64,000 nt of DNA from Nostoc sp. DedSLP01. Lineage in GTDB: Bacteria > Cyanobacteriota > Cyanobacteriia > Cyanobacteriales > Nostocaceae. The notes beneath the pieces are model-generated. The model did no database searches. It had not been told where the DNA came from and saw nothing but the letters and a program-made list of their open reading frames with translations. Position numbers and translations under genes: made by a program. This document shows, one piece after another, positions 31,848-41,305 of the stretch (position 1 is its first letter; each line of letters begins with the position of its first letter). Where the stretch lies: positions 64,001 to 128,000 of the forward strand of contig JAVRCJ020000001.1 of assembly GCA_034530875.2 (NCBI GenBank), written 5' to 3'.

Positions 31848-34800
31848 ATGACTAAATCTCCCAATCAAAACCATCGATCCCTTTCTCCTATTCGTAAACG
31901 TCCGTGGTTGCTGGTGTTGAGTCGCGGTGGCATTGTTTTGGGTGGAGTTTTGTTGATTGGAATTTTCGGTGGTATTTGGCGGTTGTGGATTTTTGTCCAA
32001 AAAGAGTTAACGCCCTTGGCACAAAAAAGTCTCACTACAACACTCAACCGTCCAGTGCAACTCGGAGAAGTCAGACAATTTTCCTTGACAGGAGTGCAGT
32101 TTGGTGCGTCAGCTATCCCCGCTACACCCACAGATCCAGATCGAGCCGCAGTTGAATCTGTAGAAGTGACTTTTGACCTTTTGCAGTTAATTTTTAACCG
32201 CCACCTGAAGCTAGATGTCACCTTAATTAATCCAGATATTTATATTGAACAGGATGACCAAGGGCGCTGGGTTTCTACTAGCATCGCATCGTCAGGTGAG
32301 GGCGGCATAATTAAAACCGATTTGGATAAACTGCGGTTTCGCAATGCCAAGCTGGCGTTGATGCCGCAGAAGAGGGATGAGGAGCAGGGGAGCAGGGGAG
32401 CAGGGGAGCAGAAGAGCGAAAAAGAAAGTTCTCAGCCAGAACTGAAAACTCAGAACTCAGCACTCAGGGAAAAGTTTGAGCGCCAGCTTCCCCCTGCCGC
32501 AGGGAGCAAATCTTCCGTGGCTCAGAATCCAGTATCATTTTCCCAACTCAACGGGTCTGCTCAACTTTTAGCAAACAATCAGCTGGTTAAGTTTGAAGTA
32601 GGGGGTCAAGCAGACAGTGGTGGTAGTATTGCCATTCAGGGAGAAACGCGTTCCAAGGAATTAGCAGGGAATTTACAGTTGCGAGTCCAAGATTTCCTCG
32701 CTGCGGATATTACTCGCCTAATTGAGTTACCAGTGAATTTACAAGCGGGTCGAGTCATCAATGGCGACTTATTGGCTCGGTTGACACCACAACAGCCGAC
32801 TTTATTGTTTGGCAGTGCTGTTGTTGCAGGGGTAACGGTTGAAGTGCCGAAAGTGCCGCAACTGTTGAGCAACACCCAAGGAAACCTCCGCTTTCAGGGA
32901 ACGCAATTGCAGTTAGATAATGTTACTAGTAACTATGGCAAAATTCCTCTGGTGGCTACGGGAATCATTGACACTCAAGCAGGCTTCAACTTAGCAGCAC
33001 GTGTAAATGCGGTGAGTTTAGCTAATGCGCTAAGTACTCTCAAGGTAAAACTACCTGTACCGGTAGGTGGACAAGTACAAGCTTCTTTGCAGATTACTGG
33101 ATCGACTAAACAACCAATTCTAAGAGGTAAAGTTGCCACGCTCCAAACTGCCCGAATTGATAAGCTGGATTTTAATAGTATTAGTAGTAAATTTGAGCTT
33201 GTTACTAGTTCTTCTTTAATTACTCTCAAAGATATTCAAGGGTTGGCGCAAGTTGGTGGTGAAATTACGGGCGCTGGTACAATTGCAATTGGTAAAACGC
33301 CGCAACTAAATTTAAATTTTGCGGCTTCGAATGTTCCAGGGGATGCGATCGCTAAAGTTTACGAAACAACACCCAGTTTCAAAATTGGCAATCTCTCGGC
33401 TACAGCACAACTATTCGGCGCTCCTACTAATGTCCAAACTGTGGTACAGTTTCAAGCTCCTAACGCAACTTATCCGGGAACTGGGGAAGTAGCAATCGGG
33501 AGCGATCGTACCATTTCTTTCCGCAATGTAGCTCTAAATGTTGCTGGTGGTACAGTCCGGGCAACTGGTAGTTACGCCAATGAGCGTTGGGAAACTGTTG
33601 CTGTTGCCTCTGGGGTGGAGGTGCAACGTTTTGTAGACACAAAGCAACTGCAAAATGTCTCTTTGGCTGGCGCACAATTCAATGGCCGTCTGATTCTCTC
33701 AGGTAGCACAGCACCATTTGAAATTGCCACTATTCGTTCCCAAGGTGCAGGAGTGACAATTGGCGGCGGTACAGTTGCAGTTTCTAATATCCAACTCCAA
33801 GACCAAAATTTTTCTGCTCAACTTGTAGCTAATAATGTGCGGCTGGGACAAATATTGAAACAGTCTCCCCCAGCTTTAAATAATCCTTTGGCGGGTACGT
33901 TTCAAATTGCGGGCAACAGAGATAATTTCAGCTTGAAAACTCTGCGTGGTAGTGGCGAAGGTCGCCTTGCAATTGGTGGCGGTACGGTTACAGCCAAAAA
34001 TATTCAACTTGTTAATGGTTTATATCAGGCGCAAATTCAAGCGAACAATTTACCTGTACAGCAGTTGGCAGCAGTACCAAAGCAGTTTCAAGGTGCATTA
34101 AATGGTGAAGTGAATGTGGCTGGTTCTGTTGAATCTTTCCAACCGCAAAGCATCCAAGCCAGCGGTCAAGCACGGATAAATGTTGGGCGTGGAACAATTA
34201 CAGCCTCTAATATCCAAATCGCTAATGGTGCATACGAGGCAAAAATTCAGGCTAACAATGTACCTGTGCGCCAGTTGGCAGCAGTACCACCGCAGTTTCA
34301 AGGTGCCCTAACCGGTCAGTTCAACGTCGCGGGATTAGTCGATTCTCTTCAACCCCAAGCAATCCAAGCCAACGGTCAAGCACTGATAAATGTTGGCAGT
34401 GGCACGATCGCAGCTTCTAATATCCGAGTCGGTAATGGTGTATACCAGGCACAAGTTCAGGCAAATAACGTACCGTTACAGCAGTTGGCAGCAGTACCAC
34501 CACAGTTTCGAGGAAGCTTAACTGGTCAAGTCAACGTGGCGGGTTCTGTTGAGTCCTTCCAACCACAAACAATCCAAGCCGTTGGTCAGGGACAAATAAA
34601 TGTTGCAGGTGGAACAATAGTAGCTTCTAACATCCAAGTAGCCAATGGCCGCTATCAAGGAATTGTTGATGCTTCCGGTCTGCAATTAAATCGCTTCAAT
34701 CAGCAATTGCGGGGTCAATTTGGCGGCAATTTGCAATTAGCTGGGACGCTGGCATCATCCCAATTAGCCGATGTGCGTGCTGCCGGACAGGTGCAGTTAT

Positions 34801-37800
34801 CCCAAGGTATCCCTGGCTTTGAGCGACCGCTGACAGCTGCGATCGCTTGGAATGGTCAAAGGCTAACCATCGAGCAAGCAACTGCCCCCGGTTTAAATGT
34901 TACAGGTAACATATTAGCCAATGCCAAACAACCAGGGATACCGGAAATTACTGCTCTAAATCTCAACATCCAAGCGGAGAATTACGACTTAAAACAGTTA
35001 CCAATTAATCTGCCTAATCAAGTTGCGGTAGCGGGGAGAGTAGATTTTAACGGACAAGTCACTGGCAAGTTACCTCTACCTAACGTAGTCGGACAAATTA
35101 ATTTACGAGACTTCGTTGTTCAAGATATTGCTTTTGAGCCGCTATTAACTGGAAATATCAACACAGCACAAGGGCGTGGGTCGAGTTTGAAGTTAGCGGG
35201 AAATCGCGATCGCCTGGCTTTTAATTTAGATGCCAATAATCGCCCGCAATCCTTCTTAGTCCAATGGCAGGAAGCATTGGCATCAGGTAATGTCAAAGGA
35301 AATGATTGGACGCTCAAAGTTGGCAATTTCCCCTTACAAATCTTGAATTTGACTCCGCCACCGAGTACTCGTATTGGTACTGGAAAAATAGCTGGATTGT
35401 TGACAGGAGATTTGGTTTTTAATCAGCAGACATTTGCAACAACTGGAAATTTAGCGATCGCCAACCCAGAAATTGGACGGCTCAAAGGCGATCGTTTAGC
35501 AGCTCAATTCCGTTACAGTGATGGTAAAGCTATACTTACTAGTAGCCAATTTATCAAAGGTAATAGTAGTTACATTGTTGCTGGTACTTTTGCCCAAACT
35601 CCTCAAGGTCCTCAATTAAAAGGTAAAATCAATGTCAACCAGGGCAAAATTGAAGATGTTCTCGCCCTAGCACAGGTATATGATTTACAGGATTTTCAAG
35701 GTGGTTCGCCCCCAATCTACGGCACAGCAGCCGATCTGAGTACAAACTCCCAAGGCTGGCCAAATCAGCCATTATTGACCCAACTCCAGCGGTTTTCTGA
35801 AATTGAAGCATTGGTAGCAGAACAGGAACAACAGCGGCTTGATTCCAGTCCCATACCAGATTTAGCAGACTTAAAAGGCACTTTCAACGGCGAAGTAGCT
35901 CTAGATACAACTGCTAGTAATGGTTTAGCAGTGCAATTTAATTTGAATGGAGAAAACTTTGCCTGGGGTAAAAAGGAAGAACGCAGTCGTTATTATACTG
36001 CCGAAAAATTGATTGCAGAAGGTAACTTTGAAAACGGTGTTTTGAGTTTGCGACCTTTACGAATCCAATCTCAGAACAGGCTGATTGCCTTCACTGGAAA
36101 CATCGGCGGTGACGAACAATCTGGTCAGTTGCGAGTGAATAATTTTCCAGTACAAATATTAAATAATTTTGTCAAACTGCCAGTTGGCATTACAGGTAAT
36201 GTAGATGCTACGGCAGCTTTAGCAGGTAGTATTGCTAATCCCCAAGCTAGAGGGGAATTGCAAATCACAGAAGGAACATTGAATCAGAACCCAATACAAT
36301 TAGCAACAGCAAGTTTCAGCTATGCTAACGGACGCTTAAACTTCGGTAGTACTGTAGCAGTTGCCGGGCCGCAACCGGTGGATATTACTGGCAGTATCCC
36401 TTATAAATTACCTTTTGCAACGGTGGCACCAGACACCGACCAAATCAGTTTGGATATGAAATTAGAAAATGAAGGATTAGGACTGTTAAATGCGTTAACT
36501 AATCAAGTCGTGTTTGAAAAAGGTGAAGGACAAGTAGACTTGAAGGTGCGTGGAACATTGCAACAACCACAGGTAGAGGGAATTGCCACCGTTAACAATG
36601 CTACTTTTTCAGCCCAGGCTTTACCAGGTAAGCTCAGACGTGTTACAGGTAAAGTGCTGTTTAATTTTGACCGAATCTTAGTAGAAAATCTTCAGGGTAG
36701 ATTTAGCCGAGGGAAAGTAGAAGCTGCTGGAGAAATTCCCATCTTTGACAATGAGAAAGTAACAATTAACAATCCTCTGACCATTAATCTCGAACAGCTA
36801 GCCTTGAATCTCAAGGGACTTTACCAAGGAGGCGCTAGCGGTAATTTGCAAATTACTGGTTCTGCACTCAACCCAGTAATTGGCGGAAGGGTAGATTTGT
36901 TTGATGGTCAGGTGTTGCTAGCGGAATCTACCGACACAACTACATCTGCAAATGATAATGGCGTTGATTTTTCATTTGCAAAAGCCAATAAGCAAAGTCA
37001 AGCGGAAACAGGCAAAAGAATAGGAAATGGGATTGCCAGATTTAATAATCTAGATTTAGAACTAGGTAAAAACGTCCAAATTACCCGTCCACCTATCCTC
37101 AGCTTCCGCGCCACTGGAAATCTCATTGTCAACGGCTCAATTAATCAGCCCATACCCGATGGTACTATCCGATTAGAACAAGGGGGAGTGAATTTATTTA
37201 CTACCCAATTTAACCTTGTTCGTGGCTACAAACATACTGCAACTTTTAGTCCCTCACAACCCCGCGACCCTAACTTGGATATTCGGCTATTTGCTAAGGT
37301 ACTTGATGTCACTCAAGGTAATGATTTCAGCCGCATAAACACTACAGGTTTATCAGCTTTAGAGAGTGTTCGAGTCGAAGCTACCATCAACGGTCTGGCT
37401 AGTAAATTAAATGAAAATCTAGAACTAACCAGCAGTCCTTCACGCAGTCAAACCGAAATTGTCGCTCTTTTAGGAGGTGGATTTGTAGACACCCAAGGAC
37501 GCGGTGACAGTACTTTGGGTTTGATTAACATCGCAGGTTCAGCTGTATTCAATAATTTTCAGTCAACTTTTAACCAAATTGGTAGTACCTTTGGCTTAAG
37601 CGAACTGCGGATATTTCCTACAGTTATTTCTGAGAATCCTGAAGCAGGAAGAAGCAATTCAACTTTGGAATTAGCGGCGGAAGCTGGAGTTGATATTACT
37701 TCTAAAATTTCGGTTTCTAGCATCAAAATTTTAACAACAAATGACCCTTTTCAATGGGGCGTTAATTACCGGATAAACGATCGATTCCGTGTACGTGCTT

Positions 37801-37856
37801 CTACAAATTTAACTGATGATAGTCGTGCCGTAGTAGAGTATCAAAGTCGGTTTTAA
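31848..37856 (+). CDS. tamB: Translocation and assembly module TamB (Tic236-like) protein
   Basis: 2002 aa, N-terminal TM anchor, Gly-rich beta-repeat body, C-terminal TamB domain (SSPSRSQTEIVALLGG...VEYQSRF). Confidence 0.88.
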   Translation: MTKSPNQNHRSLSPIRKRPWLLVLSRGGIVLGGVLLIGIFGGIWRLWIFVQKELTPLAQKSLTTTLNRPVQLGEVRQFSLTGVQFGASAIPATPTDPDRAAVESVEVTFDLLQLIFNRHLKLDVTLINPDIYIEQDDQGRWVSTSIASSGEGGIIKTDLDKLRFRNAKLALMPQKRDEEQGSRGAGEQKSEKESSQPELKTQNSALREKFERQLPPAAGSKSSVAQNPVSFSQLNGSAQLLANNQLVKFEVGGQADSGGSIAIQGETRSKELAGNLQLRVQDFLAADITRLIELPVNLQAGRVINGDLLARLTPQQPTLLFGSAVVAGVTVEVPKVPQLLSNTQGNLRFQGTQLQLDNVTSNYGKIPLVATGIIDTQAGFNLAARVNAVSLANALSTLKVKLPVPVGGQVQASLQITGSTKQPILRGKVATLQTARIDKLDFNSISSKFELVTSSSLITLKDIQGLAQVGGEITGAGTIAIGKTPQLNLNFAASNVPGDAIAKVYETTPSFKIGNLSATAQLFGAPTNVQTVVQFQAPNATYPGTGEVAIGSDRTISFRNVALNVAGGTVRATGSYANERWETVAVASGVEVQRFVDTKQLQNVSLAGAQFNGRLILSGSTAPFEIATIRSQGAGVTIGGGTVAVSNIQLQDQNFSAQLVANNVRLGQILKQSPPALNNPLAGTFQIAGNRDNFSLKTLRGSGEGRLAIGGGTVTAKNIQLVNGLYQAQIQANNLPVQQLAAVPKQFQGALNGEVNVAGSVESFQPQSIQASGQARINVGRGTITASNIQIANGAYEAKIQANNVPVRQLAAVPPQFQGALTGQFNVAGLVDSLQPQAIQANGQALINVGSGTIAASNIRVGNGVYQAQVQANNVPLQQLAAVPPQFRGSLTGQVNVAGSVESFQPQTIQAVGQGQINVAGGTIVASNIQVANGRYQGIVDASGLQLNRFNQQLRGQFGGNLQLAGTLASSQLADVRAAGQVQLSQGIPGFERPLTAAIAWNGQRLTIEQATAPGLNVTGNILANAKQPGIPEITALNLNIQAENYDLKQLPINLPNQVAVAGRVDFNGQVTGKLPLPNVVGQINLRDFVVQDIAFEPLLTGNINTAQGRGSSLKLAGNRDRLAFNLDANNRPQSFLVQWQEALASGNVKGNDWTLKVGNFPLQILNLTPPPSTRIGTGKIAGLLTGDLVFNQQTFATTGNLAIANPEIGRLKGDRLAAQFRYSDGKAILTSSQFIKGNSSYIVAGTFAQTPQGPQLKGKINVNQGKIEDVLALAQVYDLQDFQGGSPPIYGTAADLSTNSQGWPNQPLLTQLQRFSEIEALVAEQEQQRLDSSPIPDLADLKGTFNGEVALDTTASNGLAVQFNLNGENFAWGKKEERSRYYTAEKLIAEGNFENGVLSLRPLRIQSQNRLIAFTGNIGGDEQSGQLRVNNFPVQILNNFVKLPVGITGNVDATAALAGSIANPQARGELQITEGTLNQNPIQLATASFSYANGRLNFGSTVAVAGPQPVDITGSIPYKLPFATVAPDTDQISLDMKLENEGLGLLNALTNQVVFEKGEGQVDLKVRGTLQQPQVEGIATVNNATFSAQALPGKLRRVTGKVLFNFDRILVENLQGRFSRGKVEAAGEIPIFDNEKVTINNPLTINLEQLALNLKGLYQGGASGNLQITGSALNPVIGGRVDLFDGQVLLAESTDTTTSANDNGVDFSFAKANKQSQAETGKRIGNGIARFNNLDLELGKNVQITRPPILSFRATGNLIVNGSINQPIPDGTIRLEQGGVNLFTTQFNLVRGYKHTATFSPSQPRDPNLDIRLFAKVLDVTQGNDFSRINTTGLSALESVRVEATINGLASKLNENLELTSSPSRSQTEIVALLGGGFVDTQGRGDSTLGLINIAGSAVFNNFQSTFNQIGSTFGLSELRIFPTVISENPEAGRSNSTLELAAEAGVDITSKISVSSIKILTTNDPFQWGVNYRINDRFRVRASTNLTDDSRAVVEYQSRF
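33950..34680 (+). repeat. About 3.5 tandem 210-bp (70-aa) repeats inside tamB
   Basis: CAGTTGGCAGCAGTACCA at 34062, 34272 and 34482; repeated QLAAVP...NVAG...QPQxIQA. Confidence 0.9.
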
Positions 37857-38152
37857 TTCAATAAAGTTCAGTTAAGGATAACTGTAGCTTGCTTCCACGA
37901 AGTGGTACGCAGTGAAACCCAACAGGCTTCGGGAAATGTTGGGTTTCCCTTCGGGAAGCCGCCTCCGTCGGCTACGTTCCTCAAACGCCACTTGCTACCC
38001 TACCCTGCGGGAACCCTCTTCTCCTTCGGAGACGCTAACGCGAACGAGGGAATGGGAACGCCAAGGGCGAACAAGCCGGGGAACCTATCCAACGCAGTGG
38101 CTCCCCAACCTATGCCAAATCAAGTTTTTGATGCTAACTGAACCTTATTGAA
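37857..38152. mobile_element. MITE-like element with 18-bp TIRs containing nested small repeats
   Basis: TTCAATAAAGTTCAGTTA and TAACTGAACCTTATTGAA (one mismatch); internal hairpins such as GAAACCCAAC...GTTGGGTTTC and CCCTTCGGG. Confidence 0.7.
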
Positions 38153-38160
38153 CTATATTT

Positions 38161-39072
38161 CTACAACAGAGCATGTTGGTCAACTCTAGTATCTTTAAGG
38201 GAAATTACCTCAACTGTGCGGAATCCCAGCACTGCCAAGAGATTATTTTCGCTGAGCTTGACTGGAGCAGGTTGCGCGCCGTGACCTGGAGCCGGAAGAG
38301 GATAGGCAGTCGCCGCAGCGGTGTGGAAGCGAATATTGCCTTCGGTGTGCTCAATCACTTGATGGATATGCCCCGTTAACACTGTGACCGATGCAAAACG
38401 AGATAGCAGTGAGAGCAACTTTGCCGAATCGGCAGTTGCCCATCCCCATTTGGGATAAAGGTCATATAGGGGAATATGGCTGAAAACAACTAGAGGTGTA
38501 TCCTTTTTCTGCGCTGCCAAATCTTTGGAGAGCAAGTCCAATTGCGCCTGACCTAGTTTGCCCGTACCAGTTGCCCCAAAGTCCAGCACATTGGTCAAGG
38601 AGACAAAGTGGATTCCCGCCCAATCCCAAACCTGTAAGCCTTCTTTGACATCCTTGCGGTTAAAGGCTTCCTCGTAGGCTTTGCCGCGATCGCCAATCGT
38701 ATCGTGTTCCCCTGGTAGGGTAAACAGTGGAACTTTCAATTGAGAAAGTAGTTGTTTGGCCAGATCGAATTCTTCTGGTTTAGACAAATGGGAAATGTCT
38801 CCCGTGTGAATGACAAAAGCAGGTGGAGTGGGTAAGGCATTGATTGCATCGATCGCTTTCTGGAGCGTATCGGTCACATGTTCATTTGCAGGTTTTTTGA
38901 AACCAATGTGCGTATCGCTAATTTGAACGAAGGACAACGGTGAAGCCGTGGATGATTTTTGAGTGTTTGGTTCTCCCACCTGACAGGCAGTTAATAAGCC
39001 ATTTCCACCAACAGCCCAGACAATGCCCAGCCCTGTCCAGCCTACGTGTTCAAGAAATTTTCGGCGTTCCAT
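38161..39072 (-). CDS. Tat-exported calcineurin-like metallophosphoesterase (probable lipoprotein)
   Basis: MERRKFL Tat motif, LTAC lipobox; DTH, TGD, GEHD, SH and GHIH metal motifs. Confidence 0.88.
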   Translation of the reverse strand: MERRKFLEHVGWTGLGIVWAVGGNGLLTACQVGEPNTQKSSTASPLSFVQISDTHIGFKKPANEHVTDTLQKAIDAINALPTPPAFVIHTGDISHLSKPEEFDLAKQLLSQLKVPLFTLPGEHDTIGDRGKAYEEAFNRKDVKEGLQVWDWAGIHFVSLTNVLDFGATGTGKLGQAQLDLLSKDLAAQKKDTPLVVFSHIPLYDLYPKWGWATADSAKLLSLLSRFASVTVLTGHIHQVIEHTEGNIRFHTAAATAYPLPAPGHGAQPAPVKLSENNLLAVLGFRTVEVISLKDTRVDQHALL

Positions 39073-39086
39073 TGGTATTCCTCTGG

Positions 39087-39491
39087 TTAGTTTTTCTGAT
39101 TTGTTACCGTCAGCGTGCCTTTCATAAAAGGATGAATTGAGCAAATGTAGGGATAAGTACCTGGTTTAGTGGCGGTGTAGTTCCAGGTTTCATTGGTATC
39201 GAGTGCTTTAGAGTTGAAAGTACCATCCGTAGCTGTAGCTGTGTGGGGTTCTTCATCGACATTGATAAATTGAACAGTTTTACCAACAGCAAGTGCCAAA
39301 TTCGCTGGCTCAAATTTGAAATTACGGATTTTGACAGTAACATCGGCAGGTTGTTGGCTGGTTTGGGGTTGTTCGATCGCCATTGGTTGCATAGTCGTTG
39401 TCTTAGGGTTCGGACTACAGGATGACAACGACAATAGGATGACCAGAAAGGCACTGGCGATCGCTATGAAAAAATAAGAAATGTATTTCAT
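39087..39491 (-). CDS. Cupredoxin (amicyanin/plastocyanin-like) lipoprotein
   Basis: LSSC lipobox; type-1 copper ligands PHTAT...CSIHPFM. Confidence 0.9.
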   Translation of the reverse strand: MKYISYFFIAIASAFLVILLSLSSCSPNPKTTTMQPMAIEQPQTSQQPADVTVKIRNFKFEPANLALAVGKTVQFINVDEEPHTATATDGTFNSKALDTNETWNYTATKPGTYPYICSIHPFMKGTLTVTNQKN

Positions 39492-39778
39492 GGGCGTTCT
39501 TCCATCCGCTTTGGTTGACGGCGTTTAGCAAATAGTCCAGTCATGCTCGCTCCGGTAGCCACTAAGCCAATTAGACCTAGCCCATTTAAAACAGGCACAA
39601 TGGCATCGAGTTTGAAGATTTGCCAGGTGTGAACAGCGATTAAAAATCCAGCCAGCTCTTCTTGATGCAACCATGTGTCGGCGATGGCAATGCTAATACC
39701 AGTAACAGCAGTAAAGAGTAATGGCAAACAAAAGAGTGTGGCAATTAGCCGATGGTACTTGCGAAATGTGTTTTTCAT
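39488..39778 (-). CDS. PepSY-associated TM helix small membrane protein
   Basis: RKYHRLIA...PLLFTAVTG...VHT...LNGLGL...TG pattern. Confidence 0.75.
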   Translation of the reverse strand: MKNTFRKYHRLIATLFCLPLLFTAVTGISIAIADTWLHQEELAGFLIAVHTWQIFKLDAIVPVLNGLGLIGLVATGASMTGLFAKRRQPKRMEERP

Positions 39779-39789
39779 TATGTTAATTT

Positions 39790-40146
39790 TTAGTCTTGTG
39801 TAAATCCTTGCAGTTGCTCTTCAAGGTTATGGCGATAGGCTCGATCGCTGAGTGTTTGCTCAGGTAGTCGATTCGCTTTAACAGCAGCTTGAATAATGTC
39901 ACCAGCTGCGATCGTTCCAGAAGCGATCGCTGACATCAACGCACCATTGCTGGGAATGCCTTGGTCTTTTAAGTAGCCTTGATACGCAAGAGTTGCCAGA
40001 TTAAACGAATTGAGCTGATTTGTAGAAAGTTGCTTGGCCGCGTAGGGATTGAAGCTGGTTGGTGCGCTTTTGGTCTGCGCCGCAGCAGGCAAAATGGCGG
40101 TAAACAGCAGCGATGTTGTTAACACTATAGAAATAGAGCTTTGCAT
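39790..40146 (-). CDS. Secreted conserved cyanobacterial hypothetical protein
   Basis: Sec signal ending PAAA; NLATLAYQGYLKDQGIPS motif; GAGG ribosome-binding site. Confidence 0.78.
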   Translation of the reverse strand: MQSSISIVLTTSLLFTAILPAAAQTKSAPTSFNPYAAKQLSTNQLNSFNLATLAYQGYLKDQGIPSNGALMSAIASGTIAAGDIIQAAVKANRLPEQTLSDRAYRHNLEEQLQGFTQD

Positions 40147-40424
40147 AGAATTACCTCTAAGATTGGTTGTTTAGCTACAGCGGTTTTACTGACCTTGAAT
40201 GCTGGGATGCAGCACAAACTTTGAGACAATTTGGTTGAATCCAAACTGCCAAACAAGAGCGTTGCTCCCTTGACGATATAAATTTCGTCGGGACATTGCA
40301 GTGCAATGGCCAGTGTTAAAAGCTGTAGGAGTGAGTAGGTAAGCAATTAGTGCAATAAGAAGAATTTAGTTGTAAATTCTGCCTGTAAAGAATGCTAACT
40401 GGGTTACTTACTTGTCTCTACTTT

Positions 40425-40451
40425 TAAAACGACTGAGAAGTAATTTTGGAT
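40425..40451 (-). promoter_or_regulatory. Candidate ECF-sigma promoter ATCCAA-N13-TCGTTTTA facing the cupredoxin operon
   Basis: Same two blocks and spacing as the site at 40563-40589, on the opposite strand. Confidence 0.65.
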
Positions 40452-40562
40452 TTAAACTTTTCAAAAGTCCTTACTAGACTGCTGTTCGCGGTTCGTTCGG
40501 TTTGGGGTGAGAGTCGATCGCAACGAAATAACCGACTTCTAAAAAATTTCGCCGCTAGACTC

Positions 40563-40589
40563 ATCCAATTAGCTTCATCAATCGTTTTA
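40563..40589 (+). promoter_or_regulatory. Candidate autoregulatory ECF promoter ATCCAA-N13-TCGTTTTA
   Basis: 22 bp upstream of the sigma ORF; twin of 40425-40451. Confidence 0.65.
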
Positions 40590-40611
40590 GAGATGAGAGT
40601 AAATTTGCTCT

Positions 40612-41301
40612 ATGTTTAAAAAAGTTGTGAAATCAGGAATGGCATTCACCTTGCAAGATGCATTGGGCATTTGTGCAGAAAAATTATCCCCAGTCTGTTC
40701 GCCAGAATCTATGGATCTAAGTTCTCCCGATCGCCATTCATCAGAACCGTCATCCAAGAGTGATGCCGTACTCTTGAACGATCTAGAGGCAAAGAAGCCA
40801 GCAGCTTTAGGGTGTCTTTACGATCGCTATGGCAGTGTGGTGTATGGAGTAGCGCTGAAAGTATTGCAAAGCCAGCCGGAAGCCGAAGACTTGACCCAAG
40901 AAATTTTTCTGTCGCTATGGCAGCGTCCGGTTGACTCAGATCGTCACGGTCATTTGATGCGCTACCTGATTGCCATGACTCGATCGCGGGCGATCGACAA
41001 ACTGCGATCGCGCAGCCGCATTCTTAATTTAATACAACGTTGGGAGCAGAACGTCACTACTGCAACCCCCGCGCATACTCCGGTTGAGCAGGCTATTTTA
41101 AATGAGCGATCGCAGCTAGTACGGCAGGCATTGACCCAGCTTAGCGATCGGCAACGACAGGCGATCGAACTGGCGTATGATGCCGGACTGAGCCAATCAG
41201 AAATTGCCCAACAACTGCATAAACCTCTGGGAAGCGTGAAAAGCTGGACTCGCCAGGGACTCCTGAAACTAAAACAACTTTTACAACACTCCATTGACTA
41301 A
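40612..41301 (+). CDS. ECF sigma-70 factor (SigK-like); alternative start at 40711
   Basis: LYDRYG, AEDLTQEIFLSLW, RSRAIDKLR; region 4 GLSQSEIA...LGSVKSW. Confidence 0.92.
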   Translation: MFKKVVKSGMAFTLQDALGICAEKLSPVCSPESMDLSSPDRHSSEPSSKSDAVLLNDLEAKKPAALGCLYDRYGSVVYGVALKVLQSQPEAEDLTQEIFLSLWQRPVDSDRHGHLMRYLIAMTRSRAIDKLRSRSRILNLIQRWEQNVTTATPAHTPVEQAILNERSQLVRQALTQLSDRQRQAIELAYDAGLSQSEIAQQLHKPLGSVKSWTRQGLLKLKQLLQHSID

Positions 41302-41305
41302 GGTT

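Noticed and set aside
37902..38151. Two 79-aa ORFs
   Set aside because: Both lie wholly within the MITE-like repeat and are probably spurious; the same applies to 15674-15877, 47215-47535 and 45963-46145
40125..40346. 73-aa ORF in the predicted operon leader
   Set aside because: Non-ATG start, no ribosome-binding site or family similarity, and it overlaps the next gene's start
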